A stretch of 64,000 nt of DNA from Octopus vulgaris. Lineage: Eukaryota. Location: the NCBI GenBank assembly GCA_951406725.2, contig OX597829.1:31744001-31808000 (forward strand). Direction: 5' to 3'. The notes beneath the pieces are model-generated. The model did not search any database, was not told the origin of the DNA, and was given only the letters and a program-made list of their open reading frames with translations. Positions within the stretch are counted from its first letter, which is position 1. Every line of letters begins with the position of its first letter. Positions 11,480 to 25,000 of this stretch are shown in pieces. A program made the position numbers and the translations under genes.

Positions 11480-12776
11480 ATCTAATTTAACACCAGCCAC
11501 CAAAACAAAAAAAAAAAACACAAGTGTAATAGGAGCAAAAAAAATGTGTAGTAAACAAATCTGAAAACCAAACTTTGCTCAAATGAACCGGGGGAAGTGA
11601 GGAAAAAGAGGACTTTTGGAAAATTCGCACGATACAAGTTTTTCTTTCAAAACTTTCAAGGAAATGGATTTTTTTAATGAAATTTTATATAAATACCTTT
11701 CAAATGGCATAAAACTTAGATAAAACTTAGATATGTTTCGACCAAAGATTGGTCCAGGCCATGTCTAACTTAATAGCACCACCTGATAGGATTATTCGAA
11801 TCCTGTTTAAGTCAAGTTTTGTTTATGGTTCATTCAAGTAGTGAGTTCTTGTTGGGTGAGTTGTATCCAATTATGGGTGGCTTATCTGGTATTCTTTGAA
11901 GGAGGATTACAATTATAAAGAAATTTGTGGGGAAAAGTTTTTCCGAAGGCGTGGGGAGAGGATTTTGGAAAAATTCACACAATCTGATTTTTTCCCTCAT
12001 AATTTTCAGGAAAATTGGTATCTTTTAATGGAAGGTCATATAAATACTTTTCAAATGGCATAGATTATGATTATAAAGAGATTTGTGAGGAAAATTTTTC
12101 CAGGGGGTGGTAGAGGGGTTTCAGATCAGAAAGACCACATAAGTTCATTTTTTTTACTCCCCCAGACCGATTTTGGCCAATTTTTTGCACTTAAAACTAT
12201 GGGAGGAGACTTTTCAGTGAAAAAACAAAAAAAAATTGTAAATATTTTCAGAGGAAATATTGTGATATAAGGGAGATTTGGCTGAGGTTTCTAGCACATC
12301 CCAAGACAACCCTCCTCATTTCTTCCACACTTTCGCATGTATTGATGTTTTTCAGTATTTTCCTCCCCATAAACACATTTATACTATTAAAAAAAAAAAT
12401 TGTAAATTTATGATTTTTTTTCAACCCCACTCTGTACCCTGATTGTTTAAATTTTAAATATTGGAGAGCCTGAGGTCATTTCTGGCATTTATCCACAGTG
12501 ATTTTTTTAAATAGATATGTAAAAGATAATTCATTTTAATAGCATACTTTTCTGTAAGAAAATGTTTTTTTTCTTACACACACATGGCCTCACTTAATTA
12601 AGGTGGGAATACAAATTTAAATTACCAATTTTTACATTATTTACATTTGACAGATATTTGTCCTCATCTTGTTTGTTGTTAACACAACACTTTGGCTGAT
12701 ATACCTTCCAGCCTTCATCAGGTGTCTTGGGGAAATTTCGAACCTGGGTTCTCATTCCTAAGGTATTTTTCGATGC

Positions 12777-12817
<41 letters not shown>

Positions 12818-12992
12818 TCACTGCCTGGAATCGAACCCGGAATTTTGAGGTTAGTAGCCTGCGCTCTTAACCAATATGCCATATGCCTCGTAACATTGAG
12901 GAAAATATAATCCTTTTGAAATCATAAATTAGGCTTTTCCTCAAGAACTTAGGATGCTAAACATCACTATGAAGGGTTCGGGTCTTTACTTC

Positions 12993-13038
<46 letters not shown>

Positions 13039-13870
13039 GAAGTAAGGATGTTTAGCATCCTAAGTTCTAAGTTCCTGAGAAAAAGCCTAATTTGTGATTT
13101 CAAAAGGATTATATTTTCCTCAAAGTTACGAGGGAAAAGTTCGGATCTTGTTAATCTTGCGAATTTTCCAAAGTCCTCTCCCAACTCCTAGTCGCTTTTC
13201 GTGCATTTTTGCTTTCAGATTCGTTTCCTACGTGAGTGTGCAGTAGAAAGATATCCATTTTCCTCAAAGTTACGGGGGGAAACATCGGATCTTGTGAATT
13301 TTCCGAAGTCTACCCCCTCGGAAGAGATTTTCCCAACAACTTTCTTTATAATCGTAATCTATACCGTTTGAAAGGTTTTTTTATATAAAATTTCATTTAA
13401 AACAGACCATTTTCCTAAAAGTCACGAGGGAAAAACACTGGATCTTGTGAATTTTCCGAAGGCCTCTCAACTCCTCCTGTTACTTTCTCGGCATTTTTGT
13501 TTTCATATTCGTTTCCTACACCTTTTTTTAACACCCGTTGCACTTTTTTTTCTTTCGATTTTGTTTCTGGGTAATAATGTCAACATTAACACTAGATGTT
13601 AATTGACTTTTTTCCTTGTAATTTTTTGATGCTCCTTCTATTAAGCTATTCTAACATTAGACTTAACCATTGAATTTACACACAACGTAAGCCGTTTCGG
13701 CAGAATTCTGTTTTAAGAAAGCCATAATAACCCCTCATAACTTATTAGTTTTGGGAAGTTTCAGAAAATTTTTACGAATTTGAATTCTACACACGGGAAT
13801 TCACACGACTGGGATTTAAGCCAAAAATTTGGACTGTCCGTATTTTAAACAATGATTTAGAAATTTTACT
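11480..13870. repeat. Opposite-facing copies of an internally repetitive (foldback-like) DNA element
   Basis: ggaaaattc(g/a)cac units on + (11600-12250) mirrored by ggatcttgtgaattttcc units (13140-13460); family not identified. Confidence 0.5.
12633..12887 (-). mobile_element. tRNA-headed, hammerhead-like Penelope terminal-repeat unit (stand-alone)
   Basis: Same sequence as 39957-40195; starts exactly at the tRNA-like 5' end GGCATATGGC. Confidence 0.75.
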
Positions 13871-13877
13871 TTATATA

Positions 13878-14278
13878 TAGGCGCAGGAGTGGCTGTGTGG
13901 TAAGTAGCTTGTTTACCAACCACATGGTTCCGGGTTCAGTCCCACTGCGTGGCACCTTGGGCAAGTGTCTTCTACTATAGCCTCGGGCCGACCAAAGCCT
14001 TGTGAGTGGATTCGGTAGACGGAAACTGAAAGAAGCCCATCATATATATGTATGTATACATATGCGTGTGTGTGTTTGTGTGTCTGTGTTTGTCCCCCTA
14101 GCATTGCGTGACAACTGATGCTGGTGTGTTTATGTCCCCGTTACTTAGCGGTTCGGCAAAAGAGACCGATAGAATAAGTACTGGGCTTACAAAAGAATAA
14201 GCCCCGGGGTCGATTTGCTCGATTAAAGGCGGTGCTGCAGCATGGCCGCAGTCAAATGACTGAAACAAGTAAAAGAGT
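13878..14278 (+). mobile_element. SINE family A (young, CpG-rich copy)
   Basis: Full-length match to the family. Confidence 0.88.
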
Positions 14279-14419
14279 ACATATATATATATATACTCTC
14301 TTTTACTATTTATATATATATATATATATATAGTCGTGTGAATTCCTGTGTGTAGAATACAAATTTGCAAAAATTTTCTAAAAATTCCAAAAAAATAATA
14401 AAGTTATGAGGGGTTATAT

Positions 14420-14730
14420 GGAGTGCGTATTGCAGAACTCCGCAGGTGCTTATAGTCAACACTCTGGAACGAAGCCTGTTCGAATAATAATGCCAATCAC
14501 CTGCTGATAAAATTTAGCAAATAAGCAGTTAGAAACCCCGTTTACGGATTAATGTTTAACAACAATGACTTGATAGCATTGTTTGTCTCGATACAATACC
14601 GTTTCTCTTTCTGATTCTGTTCGAAGTCAAAATTAAGTAAGTTAATTAAGCCGCCACGGACGAGTTATAAGTTACCAAAGACGTTGATAGTTGTCTCCCT
14701 TTACGTTACGGAAGTACTGACATAGAATTA
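14420..14730 (+). promoter_or_regulatory. Putative OCIAD1 promoter region
   Basis: Non-repetitive, CpG-retaining stretch upstream of exon 1, with an ETS-like CGGAAGT at 14709-14715. The TSS is not determinable from sequence. Confidence 0.4.
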
Positions 14731-14925
14731 CCTATTTCTTTACTACCTACAAGGGTCTAAACACAGAGAGGACAAACAAGGACAGGCAAACGGATCAAGT
14801 CGATTAGATCGATCCCCAGTGCGTAACTGGAACTTATTTAATCGACCCCGAAAGGATGAAAGACAAAATCGACCTCGGCGGAATTTGAACTCAGAACGTA
14901 GCGGCAGCCAGACGAAATACCGGCT
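14730..14925 (-). mobile_element. 5'-truncated SINE family B abutting the OCIAD1 ATG
   Basis: Reverse complement of 10720-10909. Confidence 0.85.
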
Positions 14926-15036
14926 ATGGACGGAGGTCACCCGGTTAAGGGTGGCGACGAGGATCCGGATAGAGTCGGTCCGTGGAGGAATTTTAAGAAT
15001 CCCTACCCAGAATCGAATAACCCTAACTTGCCTCAG
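14926..15036 (+). CDS. OCIAD1: OCIAD1 coding exon 1 (MDGGHPVKGGDEDPDRVGPWRNFKNPYPESNNPNLPQ)
   Basis: ATG in gctATGg context, CpG-rich, ends CAG|GTGAAT in phase 0 matching exon 2. The N-terminus is poorly conserved in this family, so this exon is less certain than the others. Confidence 0.75.
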
Positions 15037-18000
15037 GTGAATTCACTAAATTTACGTCTTTATCTGCTTCCATTATTTGTTTTACTTACATGTGCATCTA
15101 TATATTTAAATATTATTGTTAGTAGTAGTCGTAGTGGTGGTATCTTGTTACTATAGACTGGGACTTTGGATGTGTTACATTCTCGCAATGACATCTGTTA
15201 TTCCGTACATCAGACACGCTTTTAAATGCTGCTAAGTACCGTCGAAGAATAAAAGCAGATTTTGTTTTGCATGCTTGATGAGTCTGCTAAGTTACAAGTC
15301 CATGTGCCATGTGTCTCTTTAAATGTAATCATTGTTCATGTGAAAATAAAATACCATAAATGTTCCTCTTAATTGGGAATGGTGGGGGTCATACTGTGCC
15401 GAGGAAAAAATTTAATCCTTCTTTAGATAGGCGTCCCTCTACCAGATTTGTGTTTAGAAAGTGAAAAGAAATGTGGTTGTTAACCAACGGATTGGAAGGC
15501 ATAAAGCAGAGTGACATTGAAAAGAAATGAGTTTCCGATCCGATCCGATTTGCAAGGACGTTGCCTCTTGTTTTATTTCCCAAAACGAAACTGATGTTAT
15601 AGTCGACGCAGTGCTTGATATCGACAGAAATAACTTTGCCTTTCAACACGTCCAGAGTTAAGAAAGACACAGTCCTTTCCCATACCCCTCTTCTCTTCTT
15701 ACTACTTTCAAAACGAAAAATTTACCCTTTCTTACTTTGTCGAAAAGGTAATTTGTGACGGCTTTATTAAGACATCTTAATTTGAGGTAGGCTCAATTTG
15801 AACTACCTCTTGCCTGTAATTTAAACTATGACCTTGTGTTTATAGGACGTGTGCTGATTTTCTAGTCCTTTTTTGAGAAGTTTTGGAGCTCTGAGTGCCG
15901 TATAAACCGTCAATACTGAAATTATTAGGAGTAACATTCTCACGACGGTTGGCGGTCATAAAGATAAATACCTGTACTGTGGTATAAATACCTGTACTGA
16001 GGCGATTCGGCATATTATATTACATTCCTTTGTAAGTGCATACCATTTGTATTAGGATATCAGTAAACTCTTTAACGAACCGAATTTCACTGGCCTGTTT
16101 TAATTACCTTGTGGAAAGAAATCATTTTTGTTTTTGTTGTTGCCTGCCTCAAGTCAGTCCTAGTCAAGTACACCTAAGATCAAAAGTATTCAATCGATGA
16201 CCATGCCTTATTTGCATGTCTCTGTGCTTAAAGTATTCAGAACAACTTTTGCCTGGTTCGATATATCTCCTCGCCTTACGCAAAACAAGGATGTGGTTTT
16301 GAGAGAAAGAAATTTGATTGCTACTTCTAGCATTTCTAGCGACCACCTATACGTTCCCTCTTTGGCTTAGAAAGAAATCTTTTATATCAATAAGATGCGA
16401 AACATGTACAGATGGAACAATCCATTGAGGACTGGAGGTTACTTTAGGAATAGCCCAAAACTGAGTACTTCAAAATTTTTATTGTCAAATCCTGGTATAT
16501 CTTCCATTCCTTCATTCATACATTCCTTTAGAATCGATAAAATCAGTTCCTGTGATGAACTGTTCAAAAGAAAGTACTATTCTTTTACTATGAGACAGAG
16601 ATGCTTTCCAAAACTCTTTTAAGCCCCAATCAACACCCTTATGGTGAAAAGAAATAATGAAGTAAAGGTAGTATGCTTGTTGATAGGTCCCTATGATTTA
16701 ATGTCCTTCAATTAGAGACTTGATCCAAATGTTTGCACCAACAAGGCAAACACTGTTAAATGCAACCAATCATCATCATCATCGTTTAACGTCCGCTTTC
16801 CATGCTAGCATGGGTTGGACGGTTCAACTGGGGTCTGGCAAGCCCGAAGGCTGCACCAGGCCAGTCAGATCTGGCAGTGTTTCTACAGCTGGATGCCCTT
16901 CCTAACGCCAACCACTCCGAGAGTGTAGTGGGTGATTTTATGTGCCACCGACACAGGTGCCAGACGAGGCTGGCAGACGGCCACGCTCGGATGGTGTTTT
17001 CGGTATTTTCTTATGTGCCACTGACACAGGTGCCAGTGAGATTAATTCTTTCATTGCCAGAAACCCAATAAACCCTTTAGCATTTAAACCAGCCATATCA
17101 GGCCCAAATATTCTACCTGTTTTATGCTCAAACCACCCAGGTCTGGCCTCCCACATCTACCCTACAGTGACACTCTAAAACTACACAATCACATAATCAA
17201 AATTTCGATTCCTTGAGATAATGTATGATCAATTCAAAACAGTGTGAATATAAAAGCATTATATTTAACAGAATAATCTGAATGTCAAAGGATTAAATAA
17301 ACCATGTGTTTCCATTATTTTTTAAAAGAATCAAGAATTTGGGGGAAAATTTAATAAAACAACCAGCATTTTCTTCAACTTTTCTTATGAATTCATCCAT
17401 GACTGCCCCTGGTTCAATAATACAAATTTGATGTTTAAAGTGATCTAAATTAAATTCTTAAATCAAAACTTCATGTTAACCCTTTAGCATTCAGATTACT
17501 CTGTCAAATGTAAAGCCTGTTTAATCACATTGTTTTAAATTAATTGTACAGCATCTTGTGACTCTGAGATTTTGATGATGTCCCTGTTTATTTTTAGAAT
17601 GACTTTGTAGGGTAGGTGTGAGAGGTCAGAGCTGGCTGGTTTGAGCATATAACAGGAAGACAATTTTGGCCTGATATGGCCAGTTTAAACACTAAAGGGT
17701 TAAAGTATATGCTAAACAGCAGCATAATTCTGCTAAAGTTATTTTACTAAATTCTTAATTATTTTCTAAATTAAATGAAACAAACACAGTGTATTTCAAC
17801 AGAAATATGGTAAGAAAATGTTTTAAAGCTAGTATTATTTGACTCATAACTTGATGAAGAGATTTTTCATAGAACCATGACATGTGGCTTTAGTTAAAAC
17901 TGGCCATATCTGGCCTAGATATTCTTCTTACTCTATGCTCAAACTAGTCAGATCTGGCTACTCTCACCTACCCTACAGTGTCATTCTAAAAATATACAAT

Positions 18001-19040
18001 CACATTGAAATCTCAAAGCTACAAGATAATGTATGATTAATTCAAAATGATGTGAATAGATAAGCTTTACATGTGACAGAGTAATTTGAATGCTAAAGGG
18101 TTAATAATAAACACATTGGAATAGATATAATTTGTATGATAGAATTGGAAACTGTCTCTGACAGGGATGATATTGAATGAGTTAAGTCTATCACCGAAAA
18201 AGAAGGTATAGTTCTTCAAGTGGGTTTCTACACAGTTTCTGTCAAGATTTGAAACTTTTATAGAAGACCCTACAAGATTGTAAAGTGAATTTTTTAATCA
18301 CACAGCGACATGACTAGAACAAGATCACAGATCTACTTTGTCAGAGGTTACACAACAATGTACTCATGGTTGGGACATCTTTGATCATAGGCTTCACATA
18401 CGTAGCCAATGGAGAGAGGCTCTACGAGTTATATGTATATCTTGTATACACACACGTGTGCATACAAAAGTAAGTTAGATAGCTGATGGTGAATTCATCT
18501 TACTACTTGCAACCCGCTTTTCTTCAAAATCCTGGCTACGCTCATGGCTCTGCATTCATCCAGACCTACCTAGCATTAAACAAATCAGTCAGTTCCACTT
18601 GTGTGGAGTTTGTTGTTCTCCATTCCCATCACACCTAACACAACTGCTTTTATTTGAAAGATCAATCTATCTATAGGTGTTGCTGTGTGGTAAGAAGCTT
18701 GCTTCCCAACCACATGGTTCCAGGTTCAGTGCCACTGTTTAACACCTTGGGCCAATGTCTTCTACTACAGCCTCAGGCCAACCAAAGCCTTGGTAGTGGA
18801 CTAGGTATATGTCTGTGTGTGTGGCTTTGTGTCTGTGTTTGTCCCCCTTCCCATCACTGCTTGACAACCAGTCTTGGTGTGTTTACATCCCCATAACTTA
18901 GCAGTTTGGCAAAAGCATCCAATAGACAAAGTACTAGTCTTAAGAAATAAATCCTGGCGTTGATTTGTTTGACTAAAACCCTTCAAGGTTGTGCTCCAGG
19001 CTAGCTGCAGTCAAATGACTGAAACAAATAAAAGAATATG

Positions 19041-19072
<32 letters not shown>

Positions 19073-22000
19073 TTTGTTGTTGTTGTTGTTGTTGTTGTTG
19101 CTGCTGCTGTTTGCAGAATCATGTGCATGCCAGGCAAGATGCTTAGCAGCATTTCATCCTTTCCAAGTTGACGAAATAAGTACCAGTTGGACACTGGAGT
19201 TGATGTAATTAACTAAGCCACTTCCCTGAAATTGCTGGCCTTGTGCCAATATTATCATTGTTATTGTTGTTATTATTATTATTATTATTATTGTTATTTA
19301 TTTTTTAACAGAAAAATCTAGTGACTTTGAGTCGTGATGAACTCAGAGTTCTTCATGAATGCAACAGAGAAAGCTTTTGGTATCGAAGTAAGTTACTTTT
19401 TTTTTTTTTTAACTTGTTCATTAGTTTGTTTGTTTAGCATCCATTTTTTTCATACTAGATAGAGACTTAAAGGGGCAACATTTTATAACTGGATACCATT
19501 CATATTGCCAACACTTTTTTTTTTATCAAGTAAGGGATTTTTTTTTTTATTCCTTTAATCTTAAAAAGCACAGTACAACTGGTCATAATGTTCACAAAGA
19601 ATGTAAACATCGTGTCACCATTTCTTTCAAACAATGACAAACAAATCTTTGGAGTGTCAGCATTCATGCGCGTGCGCACACACACACACACACAAATGCA
19701 CAGGCATGCATATATACATCACACGATAGTTGTAGACAAGAATCATTGTCACGCAGGTGGTTTCATTTGTTTCCAAGATTCCATAAAAAACATGTCCAGT
19801 CAAAAGGAAATATTTCTTTGCTTGGAAACAAGTGAGAGTTGACAAGAGGCAGTGCATCAGGCTGTAGAAAATCTACCTTAACAAAGTCTGTCTTATTCAT
19901 GCAGGCATCATGGGAAAGTGAACATAGAGAGAATACCAAACGAGTTCCCTATGGATACCGTATTTATTACAACGAGTGGCTTGTAAACGTATCTAACGAG
20001 CGAAAGCGAGTTAGATACGTTTACAAGCCACTCGTTGTAATAAATACGGTATCCATAGGGAATGAGTTTGGTATTTTATTTATTACACACAAATAAATGA
20101 CCATATTTTATTAACCCAATAACTAAATTCTTCACGTTTAGTTGTAACTTATGAATGACAAAAGTAGTGCCGTCACCGTGACCTCGGGTCATCACCATGA
20201 ATTGACCAATCAGAAGCAGCGCTGTCACCGTGACCTCGGGTCATCACCATGGATTGACCAATCAGAAGCAGCGCTCGCAGTATCTGACATATGTTAGATA
20301 CCAAAAATATCTCAAAGTGTTCTCACTCACATGTGTGTAATAATAACCCTTTAGTATTTAAACCTGCCATATCAGGCCCTAGTGTTCTACCTGTTTTATG
20401 TTCACACTGGCCAAATCTGGCCTTTCACACCTACCCTACAATGTCATTGCAAAAATTAGGTCACATCATTGATATCTCAAAGCCAGCATTTCTCAACCAG
20501 GGTACCATAGAACACTAGGGTTCTGCGAGAAAGAGTGAGATAAATTAGTGCTAATTTCATGATCGTAATGTTTGTGTGTGTGTGTGTGACATTTACTATG
20601 TGAACTACAATGAAAAAATATGAGAAGGACATGGTATATAATTTTTTTGTGCAGGGGTTCCTTGATACGTGTAATTTATTTTAAGGGTTACGTAAGGGTA
20701 AAATACATATATATGTGTGTGTGTGTGTATATATACACACACACACATACACATATATTTACCTATTCATCAATTGGTCTTTAGAAATGGATTAAATAGT
20801 TTTTATAAACTCAGTTAAAACCAGAAATATGAGACGACTGCTACTACTAATACAGGTTTCTCTACCTGCTAGAAATAGCAGCCAAATCTCTCAAATTTTA
20901 CCCTACCTTGTTGCATTACTAAAGAAAAGCTATGTTCACATTGACTAATGTAACTCTAGATATACAAAAGGACAGGATAGTCCATGGCTGGAATGCCTTT
21001 GATCATAGTTTTGCTTAATCAGAGCCCGCTTAGGGCTAAACCACAATTACTACTACAAATGTTAACTCTGATCAGAATGCTAACACTTAGCTGTACACCT
21101 AAATGGTAATCACATAGTGGTTACTACTACCTCAGCAATGAAATAATGATAATGATGATGATGATGATGATAATAATAATAATAATAAATGCCCTGATGT
21201 AATACCAGGCACTGGCTCTCATGGTTTCTGATCTTAACTGATTGGAAGTGTTATCATGTACATTGTTTTGTCTTGGTATAAAAGATGAGTTGCAGCAAAA
21301 ACTCTGCTCAGTACCACAGATTTACTTGTCAGTTGTTTGTGCATTTCGGATCATGAGCAGGAGTAGTGTGGGAGCACCAAAACCATGTGTTAAGAAGAAT
21401 TCTTTGAATAGTTCTCCTCTGGAAACATGGGTGTTTTGTTCAACATACTTAAATGACCCTTATTCAGGGACCTTTTGAACAGGATGGGCTACTCAACCTG
21501 GGCCTCGCCTGCCAGGTCATGCACTGCTTATCTTGATATGAGACCACCATGTTATGCACATATTGTTGTGATGCATGTGCCTGGTGTACTCTTACCTGAT
21601 GGGGAGTCATGATGGGTATATTGGGATTTGTATATTTGTACCCCGGCGTCATTTTGATGGCATGTGCTGCTCTCTTTCTCAGTAATAATAATATTAATAA
21701 TAATAATAATAATAACAAGAGCACTTAGAGAGTGCAAACCTCCGCCAAAGCAACATCAACGATTAGCCAGAGATGATTTTTAAAATGAGAATATCTGAAA
21801 TAAACGCAACTTCTCTCACAAAGGAGAATACTAAAAGTGAACCTGACCACTCTCAAAAATTAAGTAGAAGAACAGGAAAAATAATCCAGAATCCTTGTCC
21901 GGTACCAACCAGATCGATCCCAAAATCTAATCAGTTCATGCCAGTCATGAGGCCAAAGATCCCTGAAAGTTTCATCTGAATCCATCCAGCGATTCTTGAG

Positions 22001-25000
22001 ATATCTTGTCCACAGACAAACAAACAAACATAACTGAAAAAATACTTCCACCTTCGCTAAGGCAGAGGAAATAATAATAATAATAATGATAATAATAAGC
22101 TTGTTGTATATAGCGCTGATTGCGCTACAACTTGTCAAAAAAGAGTAAAGAGGGCTCAGAAAGTAGCAATAAGTTAAGAAAAGAATCATAGCCAAATATA
22201 CATAAATCAGTACACAGAATAAAACCAAAAAATGATAAACAAAAGAATCATAAAGAATAAATAAATAAGAAGTCAAGAGTAGTGTTGACAAATTTCAGGA
22301 AGCATGGAATTTTTAAAGGATGCAGTGTCTTGACACCTAACAACTAATGTGAGTAGTTTACTTCATGTTTCAACAATTCTAAGTGCAAAAAAATATTTCT
22401 GAAAGTCATGTGTGCTGTGCTGTGTTTTTTATGATTTTATAAGTATGTCCATGAGTGGTAGAGGTATTGAATTGAAGAAGGTAGCCAAAGTTGTTGTTGA
22501 AAGATGGACTCTGGATCCGACCAAGTCATTGTCAGACATCATAACTGTAGTGTGTCAAAGCCCAGGGAAGCAATGCTCCAAGATATGGTGATTGACTGAC
22601 ATTTGGTTGCATGTCTCTGAACAGCTTCCACTAGATCAATATTCTGGACTATAAATATTCAGAAAGCTACTCTTGTTTGAGACACAGATCTGGGTTTTTT
22701 TATTCATTTTTTTTTTTAACAGGAAATGTTTTTACTCACTTGAGCTACCAACCTCCATGCCCAATTCCCCTAACATTGAAGATCAAATTCATGTTTAGTA
22801 GCTTTCTTTTATTTTGTTGTGCTCCTAGGCAACCACTCTATAAAGATCCCATTGTATCACTTAGTGATTGAGATCCACAGCCACACTAAGGACACTCTAC
22901 TTGGTCACTCAACATAACATCTTAAAGAGGATTATATCTATGGCTTCAATGGATAATTTAGTGTTAAGCACATAAAACCTGAAAACTTGTTTATAGCTGA
23001 CTTGGGTCAAAACAATAACAGCAACTACATCTTAACTATTCTAAACATCTTCACATGCAGTTAGTTTACCCACAAGTTATGTGGGCCACTTAAAATTCCT
23101 GTCTGTTGTCATATAACCAATAAGTTCCACCCTAACTTTAGGGTTATTTCCTAGGTAAATTATAACTGACTTGTGTGGTCAAGAAGTCTACTTTGCAGCC
23201 ATATGGTCTGGGTTCAGTCCCACTGCGTGGCACCTTGAACAAGTATCTGCTACTATACAGCTCTGGGGTAACCAATGCCTTGTATTTGAATTTGATATTT
23301 GCAAACTTTGGAAGCTACATGTGTGTGTGTATTTGTCTCTACTTGACAACTAATGCTTTTTTTTTTATCTCTATAAATTAGCAACTCAGCAAAAAAAAAG
23401 AGCAATAAAATAAGTACTGGAGTCAATTTAATCGGCTAAGTCCTTCAAGGCAATGCCCCAAGCATGCCAATAGTATAATGATTGTGACAAGTAAATGAAT
23501 ATAGGCATAGGAGTGGCTGTGTGGTAAGTAGCTTGCTTACCAACCACATTGTTCTGGGTTCAGTCCCACTGTGTGACACTTTGGGCAAGTGTCTTCTACT
23601 ATAGCCTCAGGCCGACCAAAGCCTTGTGAGTGGATTTGACAGACAGAAACTGAAAGAAGCCTGTCATATGTATGTATGTTTGTGTATCTGTTTGTCACCC
23701 CAACATCGTTTGACAACCGATGCTGGTGTGTTTACGTCCCCGTAACTTAGCAGTTCGGCAAAAGAGACCAATAGAATAAGTACTAGGCTTACAAAAAAAT
23801 AAGTCATAGGGTCGATTTGCTTGACTAAAGGCAGTGCTCCAGCATGGCCACAGTCACATAACTGAAACAAGTAAAAGAGTAAAAGAGAATAAAACATCAA
23901 CTGCAAGACGACCGTTTCTATTTTGATATGGCTGTAAAAAGAGTGAAACAACCGTATCACAATATTTCCATATTTCCTACTAAGATTCCATATTCTCTAC
24001 TTCTAACCATTTCCCATTTCTATATTTTTCCTCATCATGTTAATGTCTACATTTTCATGCTTGCATGGGTCAGACAGTGTTTTGTTTTTTTTTTGAGACA
24101 GATTTTCTAGTACTGGATGCCCTTCTTGTCGCCAACCCATATCTGTTTCCAAGCAAGGTAATATTCACACCCTCACATTCACACAAACACTCATTCTCAT
24201 TAGAGGCAGTGAGCTGGCAGAATCGTTAGCATGCCAGGCAAAATACTTAACGGTATTTCATCTGCCGTTATGTTCTGAGTTCAAATTCCACCAAGGTCAA
24301 CTTTGCCTTTCATCCTTTCGAGGTCGATAAATTAAGTACCAGTTACACACTGGGGTCGATGTAATCGACTTAATCCCTTTGTCTGTCCTTGTTTGTCCCC
24401 TCTGTGTTTAGCCCCTTGTGGGCAATAAAGAAATAACAAACACTCATTCTCACATGCACAAACATTCACACACACACACATCTTTTATCTGTTTCTACTT
24501 TTCATATATTTCATTCGTTGGACTGCAACCATGGTAGGGCTGTCTTGAAGGGTTTTAGTCAAAGAAATTGCCTCTAGGATTTATTTTTTAGCCTGGTAAC
24601 TATTTTATCAATCTTTTATGCTGAACCACTAAGTTACCAGTTGTCGAGCAGTTTATGGAGACAAACACTAACTCAAAGACAGACACACACACATATCATC
24701 AGCATCTTCATCATTTAATGTTCACTTTCCATGCTGGTATAGGTCAAACGGTTTGACAGGTACTGGCCAGCTGGAGAGCTACCCAGGCTCTATATGTCTG
24801 TTTTGACAAGCATTCTACAGTTGGACCCCTTCTTAACACCTACCACTTTACAGAGTGTTCTGGGTGCCTATTACAGGTGCTTTTATGTGGCACTGGTATG
24901 GACAATTTTACAGGGCATGACAGGCTTCTACACAACTTCTATCAAAGGAAACCTGCTGGAACTACCTCAAACAATGTCAGACTTTACCATGATGTGATCA

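Noticed and set aside
11725-11910. Hammerhead-like gacc-N7-ggtc-GAAAC and an LLQRIPDKPPIIGY peptide on the minus strand
   Set aside because: The CUGANGA core is missing; probably a short LINE 3' remnant, too weak to call.
15150-16720. CpG-retaining unique sequence that might hide a gene
   Set aside because: No recognisable protein motif or long ORF; best explained as the 5' part of intron 1.
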